This document shows positions 1 through 13,508 of a DNA stretch of 64,000 nt, in pieces. The translations under genes and the position numbers were made by a program. The notes under the pieces were generated by a model. The model saw nothing but the letters and a program-made list of their open reading frames with translations. It made no database searches and was not told the DNA's origin. Location of the stretch: positions 62,001-126,000 of the forward strand of contig NOWV01000199.1 in assembly GCA_003344405.1 (NCBI GenBank), given 5' to 3'. Positions within the stretch are counted from its first letter, which is position 1; every line of letters begins with the position of its first letter. This DNA comes from Trichoplax sp. H2 (lineage: Eukaryota).

Positions 1-589
1 TTCAATGTATAATTCATCCTAGAAGAATATCCGTTGATTGTTTCTTCAGTTGCCACGGCACAATAATCTAATCTCGAGTTGTGATTCTAGCGTAAGACGT
101 AAACTAGGGTAATGAAAGGAGTGTAAAAATAGGGAAAATGTCTTAAAATTGAGAATAAACTAATAGGAATGGATTAAGTTTGTTAGTCTAGAAAAAGTAG
201 TAGAAATTTCAATAGAAAGGAACATCAAGACTAATAAATAGTGTTGAAAAAAGACATGTATATAGATGTTAAGTCAGAATTGATCCAATTATAATATTTT
301 AATGTTGCTATTTTTGGCATATTCTATTTTGTAAATGAGGGAGGGGAAGCTTTAGATTGTGTCTTGCTATTAACATAACGATGGAAAGAAAGGAAAAGTG
401 TTCAAAAGTATGGATAATATGATCCATGCTTGGAACTATTTGTCAATATCGCCATCATGGCCAATATGATGATTAATGTCAACAATAAACAGACAGCATC
501 AGCTTGAGGACAATATGGATCAACTGGAATGATTGTCTATCATCTTGATGCATAGATTAATTCACAATTCTAGAGTAGAACAACTGGTT

Positions 590-2450
590 GTTCCCTTCAA
601 GTAGTCATAACAACATTGGCTTTGAATAATATCCATTTTATTGATTTTAAGAATTTTACTTTTCCACTACCTGCTATCAAGATTGATGGTTGGGATTTAT
701 GTCAAGTTGTTGTGATGATGCTGGAGGAAAAGATTGATTGGATAATTAATTAGCTTAGTCTCCGTGACTTTAATTTTGTCCGAAAAATAAGCATGCCAAC
801 AATTATAAACAATAATCTCTATTGATTAGTTTAAAATTCTAGTTTACCTCTACCTGCCATGAAGATTGACAGTGATGATTTTATATCAAGTTGCTTTTAT
901 GAATCTGTAGGGATAAGGTTTAGAGGATAATGAGTCTAGTCTCTAATACTTTAATTTATTCTCGTAAAATAATTATAAATAGGACAACAATTATAACAAA
1001 TACCCGTGGTATCCATTTCATTGATTCTGAAAATTTTTCTTTTTCTCTATCTATCATAAAGATTGACAGTTATGATTTGCATCAAATAGTTGTTATGATG
1101 CTGTGACATAAGATTCATTCGATAATTATATAATTAAAATGAGCTTAGTACTTCTATTTTTCCCTTGAAGTAATCATGACAACAACTATAACGAATAACA
1201 TTTTATAACAATTATATTTTGTATTATTATATTATATTTTATATTATTTTATAACAATTAATTTATAACAATTTTATTAATCTGAAATTCTACTTTTCCT
1301 CTACGAATCATAAAGATTGATACTATGGTTATGATTTGTATCAAATAATTCTTGTGATGTAGTATCTATTTTGGGGGCGATTTTAAAATTTTAGTTGTCC
1401 TCTGCCTGCCATGATGACTGATAGTTTATGATTTACACAAATAGCAATGGTGCTGCATGATAAAGTTCGTTGAATAATTAGCTTAGTCTCCAATACTTCC
1501 ATTTTCCCTTATAGTATCGATGCCAATAATTATACGGATACTAGTAGTTTCGATTTTGTTGATTTTGAGGATGTTATCTTTCGTACAGCAGACAGGCTAA
1601 TACAGTAGTTATGATTTATATCAAATAGTTGTTATATTGTGGTATCTATTTTGGATTTTGAAATTTAGTTGTCTCCTACCTGCTATAAAGATTAATAAAA
1701 TAATTTATGATTTGCACAAATAGCAGGTATAGTGTTGTACGATAAAGTTCATCCAAGAATTAGTTTAGTCTACAATACTTTCATTTTCCCCTTATAGTAT
1801 AGATAACAACAATTTTAACGGATACCCATAGCTTCTATTTTATTAATTTTAAGAATTTATCTTCCTCAGCCTGTCATGAAGATTGATACAGTAGTTATGA
1901 CTTATATCAAATAGTTGTTATAATTTAGTATCTTTATTTTTGATTTTGAAATTTAGTTGTCCTCCTCCAGCCATGAAGACCGATAGCTATGATCATATCT
2001 AATAGTAGTCACGAGGCTGTATGATAAAGTTCAGTCTATAATTATTCTAGTCTTCTATACTTTCATTTTTCCCCTAAAGTAATCAAGACAACATTTACAA
2101 CGAATATTCATTTTAATAATTTTCGAAATTTTAACATTGTTGTACCAGCTAAGATTTGTGATTTGTAGCAAACTGTTATTATAGCACTGTAGAATAAAAA
2201 TGATCGGATAATTAACTTATTCTAAAGAATAATTTTCTAATATTTTTAAATTTTCCTTTAAAGTAATTATGACAACTCTTGCCGCTAAACTTATTCATTC
2301 GATTGACATTAAACCATTTGGGATTTTCTCTACCTATACAGATGATAAACCTTGCCAGGCATCTCTGAGTGGAATCACTATCTACCTGCCATGAAGACTT
2401 ATAGCTATGATTTGCATTACATTATTGTTATAATGCTGCAGGATAGCATG
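590..2450. repeat. Degenerate tandem array, ~180-190 bp unit, roughly 8-10 copies
   Basis: The core 'ctacctgc(c/t)atgaagattga...tatgattt(a/g)(c/t)atcaaatagttgttat' recurs near 667, 850, 1047, 1400, 1675, 1965 and 2380. 'ttagtctc..atacttt.atttt' also recurs. Confidence 0.75.
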
Positions 2451-3264
2451 TTACATACTAACTTAGTTTAAGAGATAATTTTCCAACATTTAATAGCCTA
2501 TTTCAGGCAATTAGATGATTTCAGAAAACTCGATATAAAATTTGAATTGATGTAGAATTGTCAAATTGAAAGGGCAAAAAATGATTACTTGATAGTTAAC
2601 TTGATTGGAGAACAATTTCCTACTTTCAGCAATTACTTTGAGAGAATTGAATAATCTTAATAAGTCACTGATCAATTTTCAATAGGTAGAAAATAGAGAG
2701 TGGGTAATGACAGCTGCCAATAAATTGCCTTATTAACTCAAATTTGTAGTATATAGACTAAAATGTACCGGAGTACAGAAGTTGGACATGGATCAACTCG
2801 CTCTATCGAAATAGTTTTCCATCATCAGAGAATTGGATAACCTTAGTAAGTCAAAAATAAAGTTTTGTAAACATATAATACATATTATGAAAGGATACCT
2901 AGACGTGATTCGATTTTTGATTTATCAAATTATTTCCCCAACATCAAAGATGCAGATAGATTTGATAGATTTCAATCAGTAATTGTACAATTGGCCATAC
3001 GAAAAGATGTGATGGATATAATTAATCATTAGTTTTGTGAAAGCGATTTCCAACTTTGAAGGGATTGAAAACTTTCACTAATCACCAGGGAAAATTATAA
3101 GAGTCACAATCTACACCAGAAATTGAAACTAAAAATGATATCTACAGCATGCAAAGAAAAACATTGAGGATATTTTTATATAATTTAGGAGGTAATCGCT
3201 CAATCTAGAGGATGACTTTTTCGAGAGTCCAGTTCAAAGAATGTAGATGGTATTTGTGATTTAT

Positions 3265-3920
3265 TAATTAGAATAGATCTAGTAGACGCATAGTATAATT
3301 AAGAAATACACTAGCAGTTGTATCTAAAAGATATTGGTAGCAATCCGTACAAATAAGTGATGCCGGTCTTCAAAGTATATCAATCTAATAGTTAAGATAC
3401 TAATAAGTAGAAAATGTCTAGCTGCTGTGGTATGGATATGATTAACACTAAAATGCATTTATTTCTACTCTTATAAACAAATAAATAATGCCCGTCTTTA
3501 TAGCTTACTAATCCAGTAATTAAGATATTACTAATTATAGAATTAGAATAAATCTAGTAAGCATATGTTAGATACATGATTAACGGTAGCGATCGTATCT
3601 AAGAGTTATTTGTATCTATTTGCATAAATAAATAATGTCAGCCTTCAAATAAATTAATCCAGTGATTAAGATATTAGAATAGATTTGGTAGGCGTATAGA
3701 TAGATAGAATTAACGCTAACATGTATCTCTAAAAGATATTTGTGTCTACTAAAGGGTTAATACTGGTCATAACAGCAAATATTAAATTCAGTGATTAAGA
3801 CGTTACGAATTAGAGCAGATCTAGCAAGTATAAGAATAGACAACATTACTAATAATTATTTTCATATACAAAGGATACTTGTATCTAATGCTCGTCATTA
3901 AAGTATATTAATTTATAATC
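3265..3920. repeat. Degenerate tandem array, ~140 bp unit, ~4-5 copies
   Basis: Recurring 'agaatagatctag', 'gtatctaa(a)agatatt' and 'ccagt(a/g)attaagata' blocks. Confidence 0.6.
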
Positions 3921-6378
3921 AAATTACCTCATTTTGTTATCTCAATAACTCAGCTATTTGCATTCAATGCAATAAACATTGGGAAGGAAACTATGATTGT
4001 AAAAGTTTAAAGTTGAAAATTAGATCTATGGGCTATATAAAAGGCTAATACTTATCCTTAAATCAACATTCTTCTCTTAAGCCTGATAAATCAACATCAA
4101 GAGCCAAAGAACAGCTTATAACCAAAATAAAAGATTTAAACTGAAAATCATACCCTTTTATTAAGGGTAATACACGTCTCCAAGATCTTTCAAAGGTCAA
4201 GATATTTTTAAACGATATCATCAATAACAGATGAGTAAATCACTATTTATTCTTGCATCAGGTGGACTAAATAGAGAACGAGAAGCACTTCAAAGCATGT
4301 AAGTGCTGTAAAAGATTATAATAAATTAGATCTTATAAGAGAGTTGTAACCTTCTTTTTAGAACATTTAAAAGTCAAGATATCAATAAATTATGTTACCA
4401 ACAACTTTGAGTTATTCTATACTGTATCAGATAGATTAAATCGAGGGCAAGATTGAATACTCTTCGTAGTATACGTACGTAGGAAATAATAGCCCCAAAT
4501 TTTGATCCATGTACCAAACAGAGATACTTGTTGTATTAGAGTCAATTCTCAGGGGTCACAATAAATCCGACGACCTCGCTTAGTAACAGCGAATTAAGCT
4601 ATATGACGATAAAAATCCAAACTGTAACAGTATCTACGAACTATCGGCAAGAAGAATTCGATTTGCCCGATGCACTCGTTTATATGCACTTATATATTAC
4701 CTATTAATTAAGCGTATATTACTAATTCCGATATTGAATGGAATTTAACCACGGCAGTATATTCGTTTTTAAGATCATTTAAAAAAGGTCGAGATATTTA
4801 TGAGTTATATTATTGACGAGGGATGGATAAGTCTCTATTATAAGAGTATATCATACTGTGTTAAATAAAATAAATTAAGATCAAGAAATAATTAATAGAC
4901 GTGTTATAATTGGAATAAAACCTAAAGTTATCTTGCTATATCAAGGAATTCAACAACTAACCGACAAAATTAGTATTTTATTTTAAACATGTTCGATCAA
5001 GAGAAAGAGGCAGTTATTGCTAGTAGTGCAGAAGTATGAAACTAAAAATGATATACGCATATTAAAAGCAATATTGATTATTAAGATAATTATCGAAGAT
5101 TAAATTAATAGTGGATCTTGTTATTGGTAGCTTAAATCAATACATAGAAGTACTGTAGTTAGTACTGTATAATGAAGAGTTTTTAGATTGTCCATCGACG
5201 ATATAACAATTGACTTACGTCAATAATTTTGAATATTATGTAAGAGAGATATAATCTATGCATTCATTGCTCTGATGTTATTGTTCAATATTTGTGTAGT
5301 GTACAAATATAGCGAAACTCAGACTTGGATCAGCTTAATACTGGAGTGAAAAAACGATTGTAAAATAGTATTATTACAAGGGCATTTTTTGCTAGACCAC
5401 TATCAGTTCCATATGAAATTTGTAATGGTTAATCTCGTCGAAAATTTTTCTTTTGGAACGTATTCCATTATACTGTACAATTAAATGCTCTGTTCCTACT
5501 TTCTAGCTAAATCTCTTAATCATTCGGTATAATAATCTTAATAAGCATTGAAAATAAAACTCTTTTCTAGCCGTCGTATTTAGCGATGAATACAATCACT
5601 TTAGTAATTTAGTCTCCGAAAAAAATTAGCAACACTAAAGTTACATTCTATAAGATAATTATTAGACAAGATTAGATAAAGACTATAATACGTATATAAT
5701 ATAGTATTAGCGAATATATTATAACATTATTTCGAACCTACGTAGTTCTTGTCTGTTAAATTCGTTAGTATTCTGTAATAATAATACGATACTACACTAT
5801 AGGAATGAGTAACCCAATGGTTTAACCTAATCAATATTTTTATTGGCGAACGAAGGAGTTAAAGAATGTAACCAATAATCATTCCAAGACCAAATAATGT
5901 CTATTTTATAACTGCAGCTATATTTAAATAAGATATTGCAGAATAGTCATTACTTTAACATTATGTAGCCTACAACTTAGGATGACAGATTGATCAAGTA
6001 TTCTATATAATCGCATACAATTCATATCAATTTCTATTCATAAAAGAGTCAATAGGTATATAGAAAGAACTACAGATATTATCGTAAATACATCAATGAT
6101 AACTTTCTTTCACAGCCTAGTCATAATTAACATTACTTTAAAAGTACAAGAATACAATCGAAAAGGAAGCCAGTAATATATTTACTACGTAAGAATTGGG
6201 TGTTCATATATAGCAGTTTAATGATAGCTTGTATCAATGTCGTTAACCGATAAATTAATAAAATTTAAAACTTTTGACATTGCTTCCATATTTTGAAAAA
6301 AATACAACTGTTACAGTTATAGATTGTTTTCGTAAGCAGGCATACTTTGCGACTTAGCACCGTCATCTTCTCTTAGAT

Positions 6379-9300
6379 TTACAGTATGCCCTTTTTCATG
6401 GGTTTCTTGGCATTGAAGACGGTATCATCATCGTCATCATCATCTACAATAATACAAACAATCGATATTATCACCAAGACTTATCTAAATAATATTACAC
6501 TTGTGTAAAAATAATAAAGCTAGAAAAATTGCCAAATAATTCGATTAAATTACTCACTGAAGAATATTTGATGCTTAAAATTGCGTCTAGATCTGTTTTT
6601 CTTGCAGAAAGAAAAACTCAAAATGATGATAATGATCCCAAAAAGGATAATTCCAGCTATTGATAACTTAAACGTCATCGAATGACCTAAACCCATTTAT
6701 TGTGAGAGAAATCATTAGCAATTTTCGTTATAACTTTTCGGCTTTCATCAAATATATTTACTTGATAGTATGACAAAATGATAGTGACTATTACCGTCTT
6801 CACACACGAATTCGCAACACTTTCCAGGTATCTGACGGTAGTTACTACACGATGGAGCCGCACATTTCATAGCAATACACGCTGTTAAGCCATTACTACC
6901 GCATGTACAACGAGTACAACCTTCTGTATCCATGGTGTATTCTTCGCCAACAGCGATAACTTTATCTGGTGAAATTCTGCAACCTAGAGAAGTGAAAGTA
7001 GGTATTAATTACGTTAGCTTTGGGATTGTGTTGTTATTATCATTAATATTACATTCATACCCTCGACAGATTTGAGGCATTTGTCAGCGCAATCTTTTCT
7101 TGTTGCGAAATTATTTTTATTGCCTTTACATCCACCATATGTAAAGACTTCACAATCTCCTGTTTCCATATTGTAATAATACTTCTCAATAATCGCCATG
7201 CAAGGACCAGATACTTTAGGTTGCTTACAGACATCATTCAAATCTTGCGTAGCTAGAAAATAAATGCAAATAATTTGTGAAGGAAAAATTGGCTACAAAA
7301 AAGTTGTCTATTCCTATAAAATCATTTCTATAAATGGTCAACCTACATTTATGACATGCATGTAAGCACTCGTTATATGTGTTAAAGTTATTGGCGTTCC
7401 CGCCACAGCCACCATAGGAGAATTTGTAGCAGTTTTTCTTAGCATGATTATAATAATAAGCTGGGAAGTTACCGCGGCAAGTTCCAGTTTCCATAGGTAG
7501 CATACATTTGTCTTTCGGAGCTAAGTAATAAATCCAATAATTAAATTTGGAATGATTGGAAAATATCAGACCAATACTCAACAGAACTAGCAATCATTGA
7601 CAAGTAGGCTACTTTAGTAGTAAATAATTAATTACTTGCATTTACAAGAAATTTACCTTCTGTCCCCTGCGCCTCTTCTCGACATGTCTTTCTACATTCT
7701 TCGATTGTTTCGAAGTTATTCCCATTACCATCGCAACCACCATAGTAGAAATTCTTGCATTTTTTATCTTTAGAATCATAATAAAATTTCGGGTACATCC
7801 CTCTACATTTTCCAACCCTTTTAGGCAATGAGCAGACATCAGTTGGTGTTGTAGTAGTAGAGTCTAAAAGGGTTAAGAGAAAAACAACCATTTAGTTTCC
7901 ATATGTGCTATAGAAGGTAGATGATATTGAAACCGTTTAGATCATCCAGGCTAGCTTACTTCTGGTACAAGCATTTTCGCAATCTTTCTTTTCTGCAAAA
8001 TTGTTAGCATTGGCCTGACAACCACCATATATGAACATCTGGCAAGACTTCGTTTCTCGATTGTAATACCACCTAGTAACCATGGCTCGACAAGGTCCAG
8101 GAAACTTTGGTTGATGACATGTACTGTTGTCTACAACCCCAAATATATTTAAAGTCGATAAATTATACAAGTTAAAGACACCAAAAACAATTGTTACGTC
8201 CATATGCTTATACCATAGCAAGTTAACTAGTATTGCATGCTTAATAGAATGTATTTTATTGACTACGGCAAGTATTTTATGATATCCAACCGTCACAGCG
8301 AATGACTATACACTGTAGTATTCAGCAGCTTCATGCAATATCAACATTATAGAACATATTCAATTCAATTTCAACATACCTGATGGAACTGGAGCTGGTA
8401 ACTGCTTGTTACATTTCTTCATACATTGATCAAGTGTTTTAAAGTTGTTGCTATTGCCCTCGCAACCTCCATAAATGAATTTCTTGCACGTTTTGCTAGC
8501 TGAATCGTAATAATACTGAGTCATAGCGCCTCTACAGCCACCTTTATCTGGAGCTAGAGAGCAATCTGGTTCGTTATCTGCAAGATTCATACAAACAACG
8601 AGGGAAAACATTTTTAATGATGGAAAGCATTATATGAACAGATTTAATATAGACAAGGAAAAAGGTGTATCAATCTAATTAAGAATGGAAAGCTATCAAA
8701 TTTACTCTATTTTAAGCTCTAATGACTATATGCAAAGCTAAATAAAATACATTAATGATTTACTACTCTTTAACAATATAATTGAATCTTTTTTTATACT
8801 CACCAACAGTTGGAGCAATAGTTCCGTTACAGCGTTTTAAGCACTTCTCTTCAAGTTCAAAGTTGTTCTCATTACCTTTACATCCACCATAGTAGAAAAC
8901 CTTACAAGAAAGGCTAGATGGATCATAAAAATAACGTTTCATTGCCGCTCTGCAAGGACCAGGGTCGTCTGGTAGGCTGCAAACATCGGTAGTGAATTCT
9001 AAATCCAATTTAAAATCAGTCCGTTAATTTACGACAACCTTATAAATGGTCGGAAAAGATGATAATGAAAAGCTTTTCTTGACTGTATCATCGAATATCA
9101 CAAACAATATAGTATGGAATGTCTACATAACATTTAATAATTAATCAAGAACGGATAGGTTGACTTTTTTTATGACAAATTGTATTGATTCTTGATCAAA
9201 GAATTAAGTTATGTTAGCGCTCTGATTATACTCTGTGAGAAACATTGATTATTTCTTTTGCAATCCATTACGTGCTCAATCCATGTTTTTCATTTCATTC

Positions 9301-10560
9301 GCAGTTATTCCTTAAAATCTTGATTATCCTTATCCGGATAATACGTGTAACGCAGCCAAACCGATATTATACAGGTTATCTATTTGTTGAAAATGATTAC
9401 AGAATCTACCGTGTCACTGATGCTAGTTTTTATCATAACTTGATGTACCTACTCGTATAGTCTATCCTTTTCAAAATGGAATGTATAGCCGATGAAACAG
9501 GATTACTTTAGGGATAGTGAAACAAGGCAGTTCAAAGTGATACAGTATACTATCAAACACAATAACCATGGAAATACTCCTCCAAATTGAAGATTTTAAT
9601 CATCGATTTCTTTGGTCTGTGGATAGGTAATCGATTTCAGTAGTAAAGTAGTCCTATGACTTTTATCAATGATGATCCATTTAACCTTGTTATCGCTAAT
9701 GTGATTATTTATTATTTTAATTCATATCGCTCTATTTTATGGTGGATGTTTACAGCATCTCCACTATGGGATAGCAGTAGAAACGAGGACTCTCAGAGTA
9801 AGCGATCGGCTATCCTCTGTTCTCGAATTGAAGACAGTTTCGGTCCATTTTAATCTCTAGTCGATAAGAAGAATCCTTTTAAAAGGATCCATGAACGTTT
9901 TAATACCATCACTAGCAATAAAGTGATTTGCTCAATCACAGGACTCTGTCCAAAAAACTTTCTTACTACAGTATCTGACTAATCCAGTCGACTCCTCTGG
10001 CCGTTATCATCAACATTCAAAGTGGCCAAAACAAACATGTCTCCCATCGAATGCCTTTCTCGAATCATTCAACTGTACAGTATGTACTCGAATAGTACGA
10101 TATTTTTAAACTTCCTTGATCTACTCTAACATGAAACGGATTCAATAATCAAAATATCATCGATGATAGGGCAAAAACTGGATATATCGTCATGAAATCA
10201 TTTTTTTTTTTCATATTTTTACTACTTTTATCGGATTCAACGGTGTCGAAAGAGGAGGATGTAGTATGATCCACTAGCCAACCATCTATACTATCGTATC
10301 AACATGAGCAGCATTAAGTGATAGAAATGGACTATTTTCAATGCCCTTTTTTTTCCAACTACACATAATTCAGTCACTAAGCAAGTTTAGGCTACAAATG
10401 ATCGACTTATTCTAATGAGACTTGTGTCAAAATAGGATTTCAATATATTTTAAGTTGTATCTTTACGTCTAGCATACAATTAGCACAACTTACTTTCTGC
10501 TTGAAGGAGAGAAACAAGAGAAAAAAGGAAAAAAATAGCGTAAATTTTGCGTTCCGCCAT
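6379..10560 (-). CDS. Type I membrane multi-Kunitz protease inhibitor: signal peptide + 6 Kunitz/BPTI + VWC + TM + acidic cytoplasmic tail (~528 aa, 10 exons)
   Basis: Exons (minus): 10494-10560 (MAERKIYAIFFLFSLVSLLQAE, signal peptide); Kunitz exons 8804-8998, 8380-8577, 7960-8130, 7657-7863, 7347-7520, 7061-7252 (each 6 Cys with FxYGGCxGNxNNF); 6795-6983 (VWC); 6558-6686 (TM, LSIAGIILFGIIIIILSFSFC); 6379-6443 (NDDDDDDTVFNAKKPMKKGIL*). All introns are GT-AG, phase 1. Total 1587 nt, in frame. Confidence 0.92.
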
Positions 10561-10950
10561 CTTCAATGACGCATAATCAAGTTTTAATGTACTCTAAGTA
10601 AACGCTGGTCAAATTATAGTGGTTGAATAGCGTACTGTACCGTACAGTGTACAGTGTACAGTATCCTCCGACTTGCACTGTAGGACTCCGACCATCAAGC
10701 TGTACGTGCGTGAAACAACACACTCCAACAATAGAGGTATCAACCATAGAATGGAGTGAGACGACGTCCCTAGAGTCACCCCTGTCGATTGACGTAACGT
10801 AGTATTGTGTGAACCGAACCCGGTACTGGTACAGTCCAGAATTTTCTCTTAATGAGTACTGCACAGGCAGTACTGAAAGATCATACAAATCGTCTATGTC
10901 CTTGGTACTGTAACAGTATTTGTAGTGTACCGTACACTGCAACGTCTCCA
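10561..10950. promoter_or_regulatory. Putative promoter island rich in TACAGT/ACTGTA, upstream of the Kunitz gene
   Basis: GC/CpG-enriched relative to flanks. TACAGTGTACAGTGTACAGTA at 10643-10663, many GTACTG/TACAGT words, and TGACGT near 10790. Confidence 0.6.
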
Positions 10951-11979
10951 CCTGTCGGTCTTATAGAAAAAGAAATGTGCAAAATAGATGTCGTATCATT
11001 TTCTTACCTTATAATGGAAATAATGCGAAGCTTACGACATCCATTTCACGTATGTCGGTCAATACATTACGTAATGTCAATTTAGGAGATTAATCGACAT
11101 CGTTTGAACAAACGTTACCATAGACACTATGTCAATTTCAAGCTCCATCTTTTTATTTTCATCCATTTAATCCGTCCATAATCGAGAATGGCTTAATCAA
11201 CAAATAAGCTGTGTTGATATTTGCACTGCAAATAACATTTCTCTACTGTCCAATCATTTTTCCCACATGACATTATCATGTGGGAACAAGTTTGCTTAAA
11301 AGAAGGCATGCGACAATCGCTAGCATGTGCATTTCTTCGGAAAGAGACACAAGAGTCGAGATATGATGACCATTTAAGGTATAGGTTAAATATCGACAAA
11401 TTCTACTCAACAAGAAACGATCGAGAACTGCCTGATATGACCAGGCAGAACCACACAGGCGATCCTGCCTTCCATACCAAATAAGGCTACAAATTATTGG
11501 CTTCAATCTTGAACTGCTCAAAAAATATCGCCACTTTTCTTAACGTCCGCAATTCAAGAACATTACTATTGATCATATTAACATATACAGACGTATACAT
11601 ATCAATCATGGACTACGTGTCATAATTGCCTATTTTTAACTTATTACTGCAGTTTAATTAAAATCAGAGAAAATTACAATATAAATCATGACGTAAGAAA
11701 TACCTTCCTATCATGCAAGAATACCTACTTTGATAATTATAGACATAATAATACGTGTAGGATTAGCAGATAAATAAGCGAAAGAAACGTTTTAGTAAGG
11801 ATTCAATATCAGATTTCATGCATAGATTAATATTTAATGCGGACATTACTTTATTCCATGAGAATAGATCCAGATGAATTTATTCTTCTGGTAATCATTT
11901 TAAGATTATGGACACTGAATTATTGAATAACGATCCGATTCCATCAAACAAGTGATAAATAAAAAATGCATGTGGAAAA

Positions 11980-12365
11980 ATAAAATTTGAAACAAATGTG
12001 TATAGTTTAAGATGTTTACGAATATAGCATCATACGTTGTCTCGTCTCGTTTAAAATGTACTGCACATGACCAATGATTACTATTGTATATCCATATTAA
12101 TAATATGGTACACACAGAACTGGAAAATATCAAAATTTGAAACAAGCATTACTAGTGTAAAATATTTGCGAAATTTGAAACAAATGCCAGCGATTTAAAA
12201 GGTTTATGAGTATATCATTATACGTTGGCTTATCTCTTTTAAACGCAACTAAATGATTTACAATTATTATGTTCATGTCTACAACACCCATATAACTGCA
12301 AAAAAATAAATTAAAAGCAAAATGTGTAGTTTAGACGTTTACCAGTATATCATTATACGCAGATT
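11980..12365. repeat. Degenerate tandem duplication (~190 bp, 2-3 copies)
   Basis: 'aatttgaaacaaatg...tttaagatgtttacgaatatagcatcatacg' recurs near 11984, 12172 and 12320. Confidence 0.5.
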
Positions 12366-13508
12366 CGTCTAATCAATCGTAATATAAACGATTAACGATT
12401 TAATCACAGCTGCCTACAATTTGCATATCGTCATTTGTTCCCTTGTGATACTATGGAATAGAAAAGTGATAAATTCAATGCGAACTCATGATATAAACAT
12501 ACAATACGGATACATAAAGTCTCAAATCAATTTAAACAGCTAATAACCGAACCACCTTAATAGTCGTATAGTGTTCATTTGTATTTGGAACAATATATTT
12601 TCAGGTGCAAAAGCTTCATTTCCGTACTTGAAACAATTTTTTTATGCTAAATTTTCTTAGCCTAAAACCACTAAGGAAGTTAGACTATAAGCTACTATTT
12701 TTATGAAAGAACGTAATAGGTAAACCATTTCACATCATCTCGTGTATCAGTATAATAAAAATCTATATCTATGTATCAATAGTTATTTGTATGTTACAAA
12801 ATCTGTCTTAGAATGCTCGCTAGTAACTCATGTGAATATCAGCTAATCTGGATTAAAACCTAACTAGCCTGGATCAAACTTTTAAACAAATCCTAAATAC
12901 CGAATGTAGTAACTGGACAATCCTGAAATACCATTTTAGTGCTTTTATTATTAATTTTCAAAGCTTTTTGAAAGTAAAGTAAATTACGGTCATTTGGCAA
13001 GCCTTCGCTATCAGAAGTCACTACAGATAAAATATACCAAGCAAGATACGAAACTTCACAGGTGCTGATAAAGTTGTTTGAAAATCGTACCGCTTAAGAA
13101 ATCTGTACCTTATAGCCTATATATGGAGTAGTTTAGACTAAGACATAAAACTTCTCTTGCAAGAAAGAAGATGCAAATCACTCTTCGATTAAAATGAGCT
13201 TTATTTTATAGTTAAAATTTTACACCAACAGTCAGTTAATATGCCAGATATACTGCACGGGATGTGATAAATTTCAACTTTCAAGACAATTTACTGTCTC
13301 AATGAAATCAGTCAGTGAGCTGTTTCATTAAATATGATCTTCTCTAAATTTATTCTGTGTATTCTATTTATAGCTATATAGTAGATGAACCGGCAATAAT
13401 ATAATAAAGTAGCGATGAATAATCAAGGCGCGAAAATTAGACGCGTCTTTCGTTAATATATTTCTACAATAAATTTAGGCCATAAATTATAAGCCGGTAA
13501 ATCTTCTT

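Noticed and set aside
10577..11521. Cluster of short ORFs upstream of the Kunitz gene
   Set aside because: They derive from the GC-richer TACAG island (Y/T/V/Q/C-biased). No recognisable domain or consistent splice chain; a non-coding divergent transcript cannot be excluded.
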